A DNA stretch of 63,962 bases, counting the filler, from Choristocarpus tenellus KU-1152 (lineage: Eukaryota > Protista > Phaeophyceae), in the NCBI GenBank assembly GCA_964200185.2. It is 9 parts of 9 records of this genome, joined end to end, with 100 filler letters (N's around TTAATTAATTAA, not from the genome) between each part and the next. Parts side by side here need not be neighbours in the genome. Positions count along the whole stretch, not along the records: positions 19,581 to 33,151 come from CAXNAD020001447.1; positions 33,252 to 36,206 come from CAXNAD020023384.1; positions 36,307 to 39,756 come from CAXNAD020019951.1; 6 more parts are not named here. One strand, written 5' to 3'. Of this stretch, positions 25,271-38,066 are shown one piece after another (within the stretch, counting starts at the first letter, position 1; each line of letters starts with the position of its first letter). The notes below the pieces were generated by a model, which worked only from the letters and a program-made list of their open reading frames with translations, did no database searches and was not told the DNA's origin. Made by a program: the position numbers and the translations under genes.

Positions 25271-28041
25271 ATATTTCAAAGAATGGCTAATCGATACGTA
25301 CTAGCGTGGGCGATGGCCATTCTTTCTAGCATGTAGAAAAGAACACGACTCCACATGCCAGGCCCAGGAGAGGGATCAAGTTGCCGAATGGAAAACTTGA
25401 GGAAATGGTAAGCATACAGCTTGTGGATTTTTCAGTTTTGTACGCGGAAAACAGAGGGAAGAAGGTTGCAGCAACAACACAGACTTGCCACCAAGAAAGG
25501 TTTTGCGTGCTGGCCCTTTGTAGATGTTATGGAGTTCATTGTATTCTGTTGGCTTGTTGGCTTCATTCTTGTTAGTCAACATATGCCCCTGCCCACCGCC
25601 TCTAAATAGATTTGTGTGCACCCTAACCTGCGACAGCCCTCTGATTTGCGTTGCTTTGGGTTGGGTTGGGTCGAGTAGTGGTCGGGTAAGGCGGATAGGG
25701 CAATTATATTTGGGCATGATAAGTTGAATGGAAGGTTGATGGCTTGCTCAGTAGTGGATTCTAATGAGCGTCGTCCATAGTCTGTGGTACCTTTTGCTGT
25801 TGGACCTTTCTGTGCCACGATTTTCCCCAACATGTGCAAAGATGTGTATTTTGGCACTCTATCCTCCTGGTAGCACCTTGCTCGTGCTGGAGGGATTGGT
25901 TATTACTAGCATTTGGACAATAGTGTAGAAATTTTATGCGCTCCTTGCAATTCAGTTCCAGGTTAGTAAATGCTTCACATCGGGCAGACTATCGCTAGGT
26001 TAATGAGGATTACTGTTCAGTTAATATATTTCAGGCTTGAGTCTTGGAGGGGTCGTGTTAAAGGTATGTAGCCAGGATATAGAGTTCTGAGTGACATCCC
26101 CTGCCTCATCAAAGACTTGCGCCAATATATAGCACAACAAGAAATCCATGTGTTGGTTTCAGCTGTTGAAGAGAGATGATGATCATCCTTTCAGATATCC
26201 AAACTTGCATGAATACACCTGTAGGCACTGAGTATCCCTCCAGGTTAAACATTCTTTTTTTAAGTTGGGCAGTATACGTTATGCATACTCTACCTGGTCA
26301 TTAGGTTAGAGGGTCATTGCACTTGTACTCTGATTAAGGAGTACCTAAATATACCATTAAATACTTGTAGACACTTCAGTCAAAGGTTTTGGCTCATTTC
26401 ATTGCCATCGAGGTTCTACCTGATGTCATCTATGCAATGGTCGTTTTCCTACTTGCAAGTCATTGCCAAATAACCTCAACTCTAGGATCCAATTTAATGT
26501 GACCCAATGGCTCCAGACACATAAGTGTCAATAATTGCCAAGCTTGGTCTCAAAATATCATGAAAAAATGAAGAGAACTATCACTAGATGGAAAATAACT
26601 AATGCAACAAGCCACTTGAGAAGATACAATCATTATCACTTTTGTAGTAAATGAGTGAATATCAATGTCAATATTACTGTGATGCGCCTTCTCCACATCT
26701 CCTTTCGTCCTCTCAATATCGTGTTGTCCATCCATACCCAAGATACCACCCCTTCCAAAACATTCATACATCCGGAGTTAGTCTCTGGTGCAGTGTGCAT
26801 AACGCTTACAAAACCCCACGGTAAGGACATTAGTAGTGGACATTCCTAGGTAGCTCTGGGTGGTACTGTTGAGCCAAAATAACGAGGGGTACCCAGATTT
26901 TGGATATGTTGGACTTGAAGCCACTTTTTCAATCTTTTACAATTCAACCCTTGTTTGTATGGATGAAGAGCTAAGATTGACTTCAGGGCATCGATTTCTC
27001 AATTTTTTTTAATTTTTCGACAGAATTTAGAAACATCCCTATATGCATTTGGAACTAAGTACCAAATTTTGGACATTTGTGAGGATCCTAAAAATGCAAC
27101 TGCGGGCATCTCTCGTTTATGTTGGCTCTGTGGAAAGCAGGGTTGTCCGTTTTCATACGTTATTTGTCGTACTGTACTTCATAATACTGTTTGATGTTCT
27201 CTCTAGCAACCCTGGTGAACAACCATGGTTGCATAGGGAGGATAATTCAGGGAGCAATCGAACACAAACGGGATCTTTTGAGAGGCCCCTATCTCAATAA
27301 TGATTCTTCCCTCTCATCACCCTTCACATTGTCCTTATCAAACCTTAACCTTACCCTCTTGGTTACAGTTCGTCTTGGTCTGTGTTACCCAGTGATTCTC
27401 TTTACAACTCTTGCCTGAGTGAAACATGCTGCAACAGAATCACACGATTCACATTGGTGACACTGTTGAATCCAGACGTAGAGTGATGCGAAAAACTTTA
27501 GCCACTGAACAGCAAGCCAAACTCAAATATCAGACACTGTCGGCAATAACAGATATGAAGGTTTACCTCATCCCCTTGGACGGACTGTAGGGGTAGATCA
27601 GGCAGTTTTTCATCCCAGGACCATCGTGTTGGCTCTGCTTGTAGGGGTACATGCTAGGGTCCTGGTCCAGAATTCTCCATCCCAACCACACAGTCCACGG
27701 CCTGAGGAGTGGGAGAGTCGCAGGAGAGGATTTGGCAATACCGTGGAAGGGTATATTAATTCTCTATCATGTGAATTAATGCGCTAAATTGAGTTCTTCT
27801 CCTCCTGCTTGTCTTCAGGACCTCCTCAAACTGAAGGCCCACCATATCAACACATTCACAGGACGTTCTCAACAACTGTTCGACAGAGGTCAGAGGGAAT
27901 GCATTTCAAGTGTCCAAGGTCAAGAGATTCTGACAGGACTCGTAGTTGCAGTTCTGGAGAGGAGGATTGCATTCAGGTTACCAAATTTAAAAGCAATAAG
28001 TCTTCAAATGGACTATGTTGAGACCAAATCTCTATATATTA

Positions 28042-29730
28042 CTACTTCCGTGCCATAAGTCTGTGCCGTGTTGTCCATAACGTTTGAAGATGTTGATGAA
28101 ATCCATTTCTGAAAGAAGACTTAGAATCCTTGATGAATTTCTGGTTAGGGTCAGCTCTTTTCATTATTCTTACTCCCCATCCATCAAAATTTTATCAGCC
28201 ACAGAAAAAGACTCCATGTCTACTTTCAGCGTGTTTTCAAGCTCACCAGACAACTGCCTCTTCCTTACCCCTGTGTGCTCCACACGGAAGTCATTCCCCC
28301 CTTTGTATCTAAGTATTTGATTGTACACCAAAAAAAGAGCTGCCAAGCCCTCTAAAGTTTGGTTTCATCATACTCATATTGTTTCTTATTGACCTTCACC
28401 ATCTGCTCGACGGACCCAAACCACTCCCCCGTCACCCGCCATTTCAAAGACCTGAAGAAGCACAGGTCCATGATATTGAGGTCCGGGGAGTTAGATGGAT
28501 GCCTCACAAGCCTAATCGACCACCCCTCAGTCTTTCCTGCCCCTGACAAGATTTCTGAGATGCCCTTGCCTGTGTGGGGGGTGGCACCGTCTTACTGAAC
28601 AACAACGTGCTTCCCCTGCAACCAAGGATCTTGGTCTTGATTGCAGCCAGTAACTCCTCTGCATACCTCTTCCTGTACCACAAATGGGCTGAAATACAGT
28701 TCTGCTCATACACATCCCCCCTTTTATGGTTCTTGTATGTCCTGTGTTCCGTTTTTGGCGCACACATACGCCAAACTCCAATCTTTCCATCAAAGCTGTG
28801 AGCTGAACCTGGATGGGCGTTGGCTGCAATGATCATGGTTTGGGGGATACGAATCTTGTCCTGCACAGTAGGGGACCCTGGAAGGTCGCTATCATCCTCA
28901 TGCGGAGATACCCTAACCCTTTCCCACGTCAACCATCACGTATAACCAGGTTTCAGCCTCATGGATCGTGTTCACCATGGAGGCATACACACCACATTTC
29001 CGGTCCACTTGATCGCAAACAAAGTCCATTCTCCATACCTTTTGCCACGATTTAAGCTTGGGTTTGATCCAGTGGTGATTCGGCATGGCCCCCATATCAT
29101 CCAACCACTTGTTTATAGTGCTTGCGCTATAATTCAACCCCTGGCAGCCATCTTCATTATCACCTGATGCACTGTGGATGACCGATTATCGGAGTTGATA
29201 CTTTGTATTGCGGCCAACTTGGTCGGTGTGAGTTCCGAAGGTCACCCACTACGTGCTGCCACCCCGAGGTAAAGCGTGTGGCCACAGGCGAGCTGATCAG
29301 CTACGTCCTCCCAGAGTCTTCACATGTAACGCTCAGATACTCCAAACTCTGCTGCAAGGACCAGCCCAACATGTCGCGGCAGTTTATGCTCACCAGGGAC
29401 CATTGCGAGGGTGTGCGGTACTGCAAGTGCAACCCTGGTATTCAGGGACACTTGGGCACCCTTCCTACAAGGGGGGGTCGACTGGGGGGTTGCCATGCCG
29501 ACGTTCTGACCCTCGATGTGCCCAGTTCTGGTCTCAAAATTACGCCAAAAGATCCCTACTTTGACGGCTTGAAGCACCTCGAGTTTGTATCTGATGATCG
29601 TCAACTCCCACCTTTCTGAAAGCTGAGATTGCCAACCCGATTTCATTCTGTGGTGTTATCGTCCGATTCGGCGCCGTTCTCGCTCGGCGAGCCCCGATGT
29701 TTCGCGGCACGAAATTATGGCACCGAGGTA
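28042..29730 (-). mobile_element. Full-length degenerate plant-mariner-like transposon, family D copy 1 (about 1.69 kb)
   Basis: TA-flanked Stowaway-like TIRs CTACTTCCGTGCCATAA / TTATGGCACCGAGGTA. Transposase motifs WIKPKLKSWQKVWRMDF, FDGKIGVW, Q*DGATPHT, HPSNSPDLNIMDLCFF, with stops and frameshifts. Confidence 0.9.
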
Positions 29731-30011
29731 TATTATTACGGTCTCTGACATTTTGCAGATGTGTCAGGGAAAATGTCATTTCATTATCATAAGGGACCCC
29801 TGTGAAAGTAACAGTTGTCGTAAATATGAAAGATTTATCTCCAAAATCTATTTACTATTTAACTACCAACTATACCGCACCACTCCACTGCTATTCCTCT
29901 GTCAAGAATATGCTTTTTATTCATGTTAAAAGAAGAATTCTGTAGAAGAAACAAACTAAGGATGACGAGACAATGTTTGTGTTCTGAAGGATAGTAGATG
30001 TGTTTGGGATT

Positions 30012-30148
30012 GACCTAAAGTATCTGGGAGGGGAAAAGTGGACTTATATTATCCATCCGACGTATGCAACCAAATCACCCAAAAATCGCGACATGAAAAA
30101 ATTGACCCCAAATGGACATCCGCTACCCCCTCCCAGATACTTTGAGCC
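30012..30148. mobile_element. MITE family B, internally deleted
   Basis: GACCTAAAGTATCTGGGAGGG ... CCCTCCCAGATACTTTGAGCC; TSD ATT/ATT. Confidence 0.85.
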
Positions 30149-30189
30149 ATTAAGAACTAGAATATGGAAGAGTCAGGAATAGGAAGCAT

Positions 30190-32040
30190 TGTTGACAGGA
30201 ATCTGTGATTAGTGAATACTGATCCATAGAATATATGAATATTTGTTGACAAGGACAACCCCCCCGCGATTGGTTAATATTTCTCACTCCAACTTTCTAC
30301 CTACTATAACATAATTGTGAAGGAATTAATCTACATATCTCAATATCAAGACTTGGGATTCTACACATACTTCAACATGCTAGCTAGCATGTTTTTAAGT
30401 GTGCTGATATGTCAAGAAAACTAGTAGTAGAGGGGTCAGACGGAGTCCCGATGGCTTCTGCGGTCGGTAATGTGAATATGGAGGATGAAGATGTTGGGGG
30501 TGGAAATACAAGGCTTCTATGATGAGGAAGATCTAGCGACGAGGGGGACCGTGTCTTCAAGGAGGACTGCGGGATGGAGCTGCAGCGACTCATCCCACTT
30601 CCTTTAAAATTTGTGGTGTATAATGGTGACGATGATGGGGAGGGATTTCCCACGTACAAGAATTATTAATTTGTGCTTCCATGGGTGGTTGGATGGATGC
30701 ACTTATTATCTCAAGACCACAACAGGGTGGGCCTTGAAGGAAGCAACATATCAAGGTGGACATGCCGGAGAGTACAAGAAGTCAGCATGGCGCTGGTTGG
30801 GCTGGTTATGACTGTAGGTGGACTTGCACTCGACATTATCAATAATCATGACAGCCCGTCTGAAGCTTTTCAGGCACTGAGAGACCGTTTCGAAAGAGAT
30901 GGTATCACCAAGCGAGTAATTTTGAGGACCAACCTACATGAATTGCGTCTACCAATTGGGGTGGATCCTGCTGATATTATTCAAAAGATGGAAAATATGT
31001 TTAAGAAGTTGCGGAGTCTTGGCATCAAACCAGACGAGGAAGAGCAGCTGACACTCGTTCACAACTGTTTTGCTACAGAGTATGTGATCGAGATACATCA
31101 GATTTCCAATGTGGGTCGAACGGCTAGGTTGCAACTTCAGAAGAGGGCTTTGCGAAACTTACAGGATGAACAAGATATTGTTGAATCGTGGTATTGGGAA
31201 CCACAAATGGAGCACTGATGTGGAGTGGAAGCTCGATTTACAATCATGGATCGCGTTCTACATCATCGGATGGACAACATGGTGTAAAATGTTTCAATTG
31301 CAGTGGACCGCATTACATGTTTGTTTGTCCGTCTGTTTCTTCTCCACCTGTAACAGGCAAATTTCTGGTGCCTGCTACAATTGTAGTGGATCGGGACACA
31401 AAGTTAAACATTATCCTGGACGTGCAGTGGCTATGGCGGCAGCCAAACAAGTTGTAGATGGTGGTGCAGCGACTACACAGTGGAATAGGTGTGGTCGAGG
31501 GAAGGCAAATGGTGGAAATATTGGACCGCCAAAGATGCTTAGAGGTTTCTCGACAGTGAGTGGTGATGAGAACATTGAACAGTGGGATGATGTATGGTAT
31601 TTTGATACTGGGTGTTCCGCCCATATGACCAACAACCCCATTGCCTTCATAGGCCAACAACCTGTGAGTGGAAAGTCCACGACTGTTGGTACAGGACAGA
31701 AGCTTCGTGCTACCATGGTTGGAAACGTACCACCACCACGTTGTATACAGAACGAGAAGGTTTATGATTTTGTTCTGTGCAATGTATTGTTGGTTCCAGA
31801 GTTAAAGTTCAACGTTTCCCAATGGTTGGAGTTGGACGTCAATCTGGTAGAGAAATTTATTGTTGGCGTGGGGAAATTCTTTGAAGTTGAACCCATCAGC
31901 AGGTGGAAAAGATTTTGATTTGGTCGCATTGAAGGCTAGGAGGAGAATGCCTACAACACCTAAACCATCACGTAGACCAAATCCTCCCTACCCACAGGAT
32001 GAGACCGAAGTGGCATTTGCACTTGGAGGAACAGCAGCAG
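30190..32040 (+). mobile_element. Ty1/Copia LTR retrotransposon remnant (gag, zinc knuckles, protease)
   Basis: Gag-like SPSEAFQALRDRFERDGITKRVILRTNLHELRL. Knuckles KCFNCSGPHYMFVCP and CYNCSGSGHKVKHYP. Copia protease WYFDTGCSAHMT...NVLLVPELKFN. Possible LTR end CTTCAACA at 30377; LTR start uncertain (29924 or 30190). Confidence 0.82.
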
Positions 32041-32226
32041 TCAACCTCGCCCAAGAGGGGGCCGGAGGTATCAATTTCGCGCAGGATGGGGATCGAAGTG
32101 TCGACCTCGCCCAGGAGGGGTTAGAGGAGTCGACTTTGCACAGGATGAGGCTGGAGGTATCGACCTAGCCTACGTAGGGGCTAAAGATATCGATCTCGCC
32201 CGACAAGGGAGTGGTGGGGATCGATC
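32040..32226 (+). repeat. About 6 degenerate 30-bp tandem repeats
   Basis: Units resembling RTCGACCTCGCCCAGGAGGGGGCTGGAGGT, encoding VNLAQEGAGG / INFAQDGDRS / VDLAQEGLEE. Confidence 0.75.
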
Positions 32227-32260
32227 GAGAAGGATTGATGATTGAGGCTACTGCATCAGT

Positions 32261-32519
32261 GAGTGAAAGTATCTCAGAGGGTACGAGTTTTGCCCTCTTT
32301 GTCCGTTTGGGACTTGGCTTCCCATAGGTTTTTTTATTACATTTTCCTATTCCAAAATGTTTCGGAGTAGGTAAAATGTATGCGTTATGAAAAGGTGTGT
32401 CCAGAAGAAGGATATTGACACTTGCTAACAAAAACGATAGCCAAAATTGCATCAAAATAGTAACATCGGATTCTGTCCCCCAAATGGACGCGGCTCTACC
32501 CTCTAAGAGAATTTGACTC
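32261..32519 (+). mobile_element. MITE family A
   Basis: TIR GAGTGAAAGTATCTCAGAGGGTA / TACCCTCTAAGAGAATTTGACTC; TSD AGT/AGT. Confidence 0.9.
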
Positions 32520-33083
32520 AGTGGAGGATGCTGTAGCAATGAGTACGCTTCGCTTGAGGGGATTGAAGTGAATGCCATTGTCCCAGCGGGGATTGTTGGG
32601 GGGGGGGACCCGTAAAAACATAGGCTACTCATTTGTTTTTCCTTGATATCATACAGTACCACCAGTCAATACTGACTGTTGATTGGTCCGTTACGCACTG
32701 GTCATTACTGTCATTATTTCATCATCACCACATCAATTACCGTCAGAAACACCGCAGTACAGAACAGTCACTCCGCATCCACCACAGACAGGAATATGAT
32801 ATGCATCAGTTGAGTTGAATCGCATATTGATTCAAGTTTGTTCTGTTGTCCTGTTGTTTGCGCCCTTTCTTGTTTTCTCTTTCTTCTTAGCAGCAGAAGA
32901 TGACAGTTGTACGTTAATTGTTCATTATTTATTTATTTCTTGGTTGTCATTGACCCCTCATAGTGCACCAAGCTCACTCTGCAATACGTGTACCTGATGC
33001 ACGCCTGGATGTTATATTTTCAGAGTTAAACCATCCATGGAAACCCTTGTCCGCCAAGGTAACAAGCCTCTCCACAGAGCATT

Positions 33084-33151
33084 GGGTCAAAGTATCTGGG
33101 GGGGGGGGGGGGGGGGGGGTGGGGGGGGGGGCCTGTACGGCGGCAGATCGG
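33084..33151. mobile_element. MITE family B, left end at contig break
   Basis: GGGTCAAAGTATCT + long G-tract. Confidence 0.75.
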
Positions 33152-33251
33152 NNNNNNNNNNNNNNNNNNNNNNNNNNNNNNNNNNNNNNNNNNNNTTAAT
33201 TAATTAANNNNNNNNNNNNNNNNNNNNNNNNNNNNNNNNNNNNNNNNNNNN
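33152..33251. other. Artificial contig linker
   Basis: N44-TTAATTAATTAA-N44. Confidence 0.97.
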
Positions 33252-33289
33252 CCCTCACAAACCATCCCCCCCCCCAGATACTTTGGCCC
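33252..33289. mobile_element. MITE family B, right end at contig break
   Basis: C-tract + AGATACTTTGGCCC. Confidence 0.75.
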
Positions 33290-33700
33290 TCAGACTTTTG
33301 AAGGGTGTTTCAGCCAGAGTATCTTGCTAGAGAGGGTTACTGTGAAGAATTAGGAGTCTCTGTGACTGCCTTATGGTACATGTGATACTAATCCTCTGGA
33401 AGGCGATCTCAACCATGATGCAGGGACAAACGTTCACCTCCTCTTCTAAAGCCACACACAGGCTTCTGATGGGTATTACCTGCATTTCGGGTATAAGAAT
33501 GTCGGTGATAGGCATAAGATTTGGTATGGCCCCTATACTCAAAAGTGCCTTCATGGGGATAGTTTCTGTCGAGGAGACTGCCCAAATAACCCAGAAACTT
33601 TTGAATTCCGAGTCGCTCATTGAAATAGAGTGATATTTAATAGAAAAACAATTTGCTACCCTTTGATTCTACGAGAAGTAACCGACGAAGTGGAATTTCT
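33290..33700 (-). mobile_element. Possible Copia RNase H remnant
   Basis: Weak resemblance (CVALEEE...MVEI...LLILHSNPL) to the Copia RNase H A.EE.W..L.EL...A.NP pattern. Confidence 0.28.
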
Positions 33701-33899
33701 CACGCATTATTGGTTTGCCCCTGATGGGAACTTGTTGAAATGAGGTGTAATTTGTCTCCATATCTTGTGCATGTGCGCACTCTCTTAGGATTTTAAGCGG
33801 TGTCGTAGGTACATAACTCAGTGATGAAGATGGTGCCTGTTGTTTGTTTTGTCATACCCCAAACGTTGATTCTTAACCTGTGTTTATTTCTGTACAAAT

Positions 33900-34066
33900 A
33901 CTACAATAGTAGTATTCTACTACTGTTATTTTTGCTGCTACTACTACTACTACTACTGCTACTACAACTTATGACTCCTACAACACAACAGAAGGTTACA
34001 ATATTAGTAATGATGATGGTAATGACTAATATCACAGATAATTTGTGGTAGTAATAGTAGTAGTGG
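33900..34066. repeat. (CTA)n/(GTA)n microsatellite-rich tract
   Basis: CTACTACTACTACTACTACT at about 33938-33965 and GTAGTAATAGTAGTAGT at about 34048-34064. Confidence 0.8.
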
Positions 34067-34323
34067 TGTTGGACGAACGAAAGAAAAGGCATCAGGTCTA
34101 GAACCAATCCTCAATGTGAAAAAGATTGAGTTATCAATGCGTTCTGGACATCCTCATCATGTATCTCACAAGAGAAATGAAGAAATGAGTGGAGTAGTCG
34201 TACTACTACTAGTGATGAGTAGAATTTGCGCAATATGACACACAAAACATACACAGAACACCAATATTTCAAAAACACATTATCTTCCTCCTGGAAAAAT
34301 ATAATCAAAACATATACTATGTA

Positions 34324-36017
34324 CTACCTCTATCCCATAGCCTTGCGCCGCGAAACATCTGGGCTCGCCGAGCGAGAACGGCACTGAATTGGACAGATAT
34401 CCCCACAGAATGAAATCGGGTTGACAATCTCATCTTTTAGAAAAGGAGTGGTTCGAGGAGCATTAGATACAAACTCGAGGTGCTTCAAGCCGTCAAAGTA
34501 GGGGTCTTTTGGGGTGATTTTGAGCCCAGAAACTGGGCACGTCGAGGATCAGAACGTCGACATGGCAACCCCCCTGTCGACCCCCCCGCATAGGAAGAAT
34601 GCCCAAGTGTCCCTAAATACCAGGGTTTCACTTGCAGTGCAGCACGCCCTTGTGATGGTCCCTGCTGAGCATAAACTGCCGCGACACGTTGGGCCGGCCA
34701 TTGCAGCAGAGTTTGGAGTGTCCAGGCGTTACATGTGAGGGCTCTGGGAGGACTTCGAAGTTTGAATCGCTCATGGCCACACGCTTGACCTAGGGGTGGG
34801 GGTACGTAGTGGGTGGCCTTCAGAGCTCACACCGACCAAGATGATAAGAATACATAATATCAATTCCGATAAGCAGTTATCCGCAGTGCATCGTCAGGTG
34901 ATAATGAAGATGGCCGCCAAGGGGCTGAATTATCGCACGAGCAGCACCATAAACAGGTGGTTGAATGATATGGGGGCCATGCCGAATCGACTCTGGATCA
35001 AACCCAAGCTTAAATCGTGGCAAAAGGTATGGAGAATGGACTTTGTTTGCGATCAAGTGGACCGAAAACGTGGTTTGTACGCCTCCATCGCGAACACAAT
35101 GTGGATGAAACCTGGTTTTAAGTTATGGCTGATGGGGAAAGGGTTAGGGTATGTCCGCATGAGGATGATAACGACCTTCCAGGGTCCCCTACTGGGCAGC
35201 ACAAGAGTCATATCCCCCAAACCATGATCATTGCAGTCAACATCCGTCCAGATTCGGTTCACAGCTTTGATGGAAAGCTTCGTGTTTGGCGTGTGCGCGC
35301 GCAAAAAAACGGCAGACAGGACAAGCAAGGACCATAAAAGGGGGGGTGTATATGAGCAGGACAGTACTTTGGACCATTTGTGGTACAGGAAGTGGTACAC
35401 GGAGGAGTTACTGCCTGCAATCAAGACCAAGATGCCTTGGTTGCAGGGGAAGCATGTTGTTGTTCAGCAAGACGGTGCCCCCCCCACACGGGCAAGGACA
35501 ACTCAGAAATCTTGTCAGGGGCAGGGAAGACTGAGGGGGTGGTCAATTAGACTTGTGACGCAGCCATCTAACTCCCTCGATCTCAATATCATGGACCTGT
35601 GCTTCTTCTGGTCTTTGAAATGCCGGGTGATGGGGGAGCGGTTTGGTCTGTCGAGGAGATGGAGAAGGTCGTTAAGAAACCGTATCAGTATGATGAAACC
35701 ACACTTAAGAGGGCTTGGCAGCTCCTTTTCATGGTTTACAATAAAGTACTTAGGTACAAAGGGGGGAATGACTTTGGTGTGGAGCACACAGGGGTAAGGA
35801 AGAGGAAGTCTGGTGAGGTTGAAAACACGCCGAAGGTAGACATGGAGGCTTTTTCTGTGGCTGATAAAATTGTGATCGATGGGGAGTAATAATAACAAAA
35901 AGAGCTGAGCCTACCCAGAAATTCGTGAAGAATTCCAAATCTTCTTTCAGAAATGAAGTTCATCAACATTTTCAAAAGTTATGGACAATGCGGCACAGAC
36001 TTATGGCGCGGAGGTAG
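34324..36017 (+). mobile_element. Full-length degenerate plant-mariner-like transposon, family D copy 2
   Basis: TA|CTACCTCTATCCCATAG ... TTATGGCGCGGAGGTAG|TA. Colinear with the reverse complement of 28042-29730. Motifs AIKTKMPWLQGKHVVVQQDGA and TQPSNSLDLNIMDLCFF. Confidence 0.9.
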
Positions 36018-36206
36018 TATGTATATATACTACACGAAACTGGTGGTGGTAGTGGAACATGCTACACTCACTCAGACATACTACTTCAGCACAAACCACG
36101 CACACATACACAGCTCCTCTGTAACCGCCAAGAACTGTTACAGGCGCCCCTCAATGCTCACCTTCCAGGATGTACAACTCAAATCCAACGACCTTAAAAC
36201 GATGCT

Positions 36207-36306
36207 NNNNNNNNNNNNNNNNNNNNNNNNNNNNNNNNNNNNNNNNNNNNTTAATTAATTAANNNNNNNNNNNNNNNNNNNNNNNNNNNNNNNNNNNNNN
36301 NNNNNN
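36207..36306. other. Artificial contig linker
   Basis: N44-TTAATTAATTAA-N44. Confidence 0.97.
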
Positions 36307-38066
36307 ACTCGGTACCACGGTATAACGGTGTATGGCATACGGCAATAACGGTATAATAACAGGCAAACATGCTTTCCACAAGTACAATATTTGATTGTGG
36401 TGAAGTAACTGATAGATTAGTGGTTTCCACACTACTTCCAGTAATTGGTTTCCCCTCTGACACATCTACAAAATGTCAGAGGGCATAATGATAAGAATAC
36501 AATAATTAATTTGTAGAGAAGTTGTTAAGTAAGGCGACTCATACGCAGCATCAATCTTGGTGAAGGAAACATTTCAATCTTATATGTAGGAAGAAAATCG
36601 ACCCTAACAAGAAACGAGAGATACAATACACCAAATTACATAACATTTATTTTTGTAGTCGATCTTCTTGCTAAGAACAACATTGAAATATTTTGTTGAG
36701 GAAAAGTGTTCCCGCATAAATATATGAATTAATAGAGCACACTCTGTTCTCTGTTTATTTACCTTAAATCCATTCTTACCTTAGATATTGTCATTTTTCA
36801 ACACATTAATTAACAACAAGAACAATAGACAGAGTTGTGCTATAATACATCAAGTCCATAATTTTCACCACTACTTGATTACTTTGAATCTTTAAGTGTA
36901 GTACATACGTAGTATTATAGTTTAAAGTAGTTCCTATGAAACTGTACTTTTTGTTTGTGTCTCTGTGTTTGTATATATATACTCTAAATTAGTGGTAATC
37001 ATATCGCGCGATATATAATGGGTGTTGAAGTGCGCGCCCAACGCCTTGTCATTGGTTCTATCCCTCAAACTCCACCCTTCAACTCTAACGCGCACAACAG
37101 ACACGGCTCTCTCTACCCTCAACTACGTAGCACTTTTCTTGCTGGCTTTCATTTGAGGGACAAAATCACACTACAATTTCCTTTGACGTGCTGATAAATG
37201 AAGGGAATGTCTTCTGTTGTCGCCAGAGAGGGCTGTTCAAGTTATAGATCTCAGTGACAGTGAGTACGTAGGTTGAGGGATGATGCTAACTCGGTTTAAT
37301 TCCCCAAGATCTTACGAGTGAGGGATTCGGTCGTGTAGTCAATACATCAAGATATATGTATGCATACCCTGTGAGTTTTGTGTGCTTTATCTTTGTGTAC
37401 CTGGTGGTCTATTAGTGGTTCGTTAATTGGTCATTGCAGCGAGTTCGATCAACTGGTACAGTTCCGAAACTTTTTGCTTTGCCGTAGGAGTGATATGCGC
37501 AATGTCTGGCCGGGTACAGGGGTAAGAGCACATCTCGTATGGCACTTGTATGGATGCGCCCTCCAGTTGGTTGCTTGGGCTAAGGGACGTATGATAATTG
37601 TTAGCCGTCAATTACCTCTGAGGTATCATCTCCTCGAGTCGATCCTGACAAGCTGAGAAGACCCCCACATTGAGCCTCATGACTTCTTGATTTGGACCCG
37701 ATCATATTGAAGATCGTACATGAGGTGTGATGTGGCAGCTTTCGTTAAGGAACAACAACTGTTCTCTTCCCAACCTCGACCTTTTGTGCTTCAAACCCCT
37801 ATGTATACATCAGAGCCAATTTGTTCGACAAGGTCGTACCTGTGGTTGAAGGCTGACAACGAGAGTACCAACGTTCCTCCTTCGGGGACTCATCACATTC
37901 TTCATCATCCACCCCTGCCGCCAGTGGGAGCTCTTGTATCGAAGAGCATAGCTAGGCAGGGACATACCCACTATCACTGCGTTTGTACCTTGTGCGTGGA
38001 TTCGCCTTGGTGACTGTTACCTCTACGACCTGGCCAGCCTGCTCGTGCCAAAGGACGAATTCCGCC

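Noticed and set aside
28042-36017. Composite transposon formed by two inverted mariner copies
   Set aside because: A linker at 33152-33251 lies between them, so orientation and distance are unverified, and each copy has its own TA flanks.
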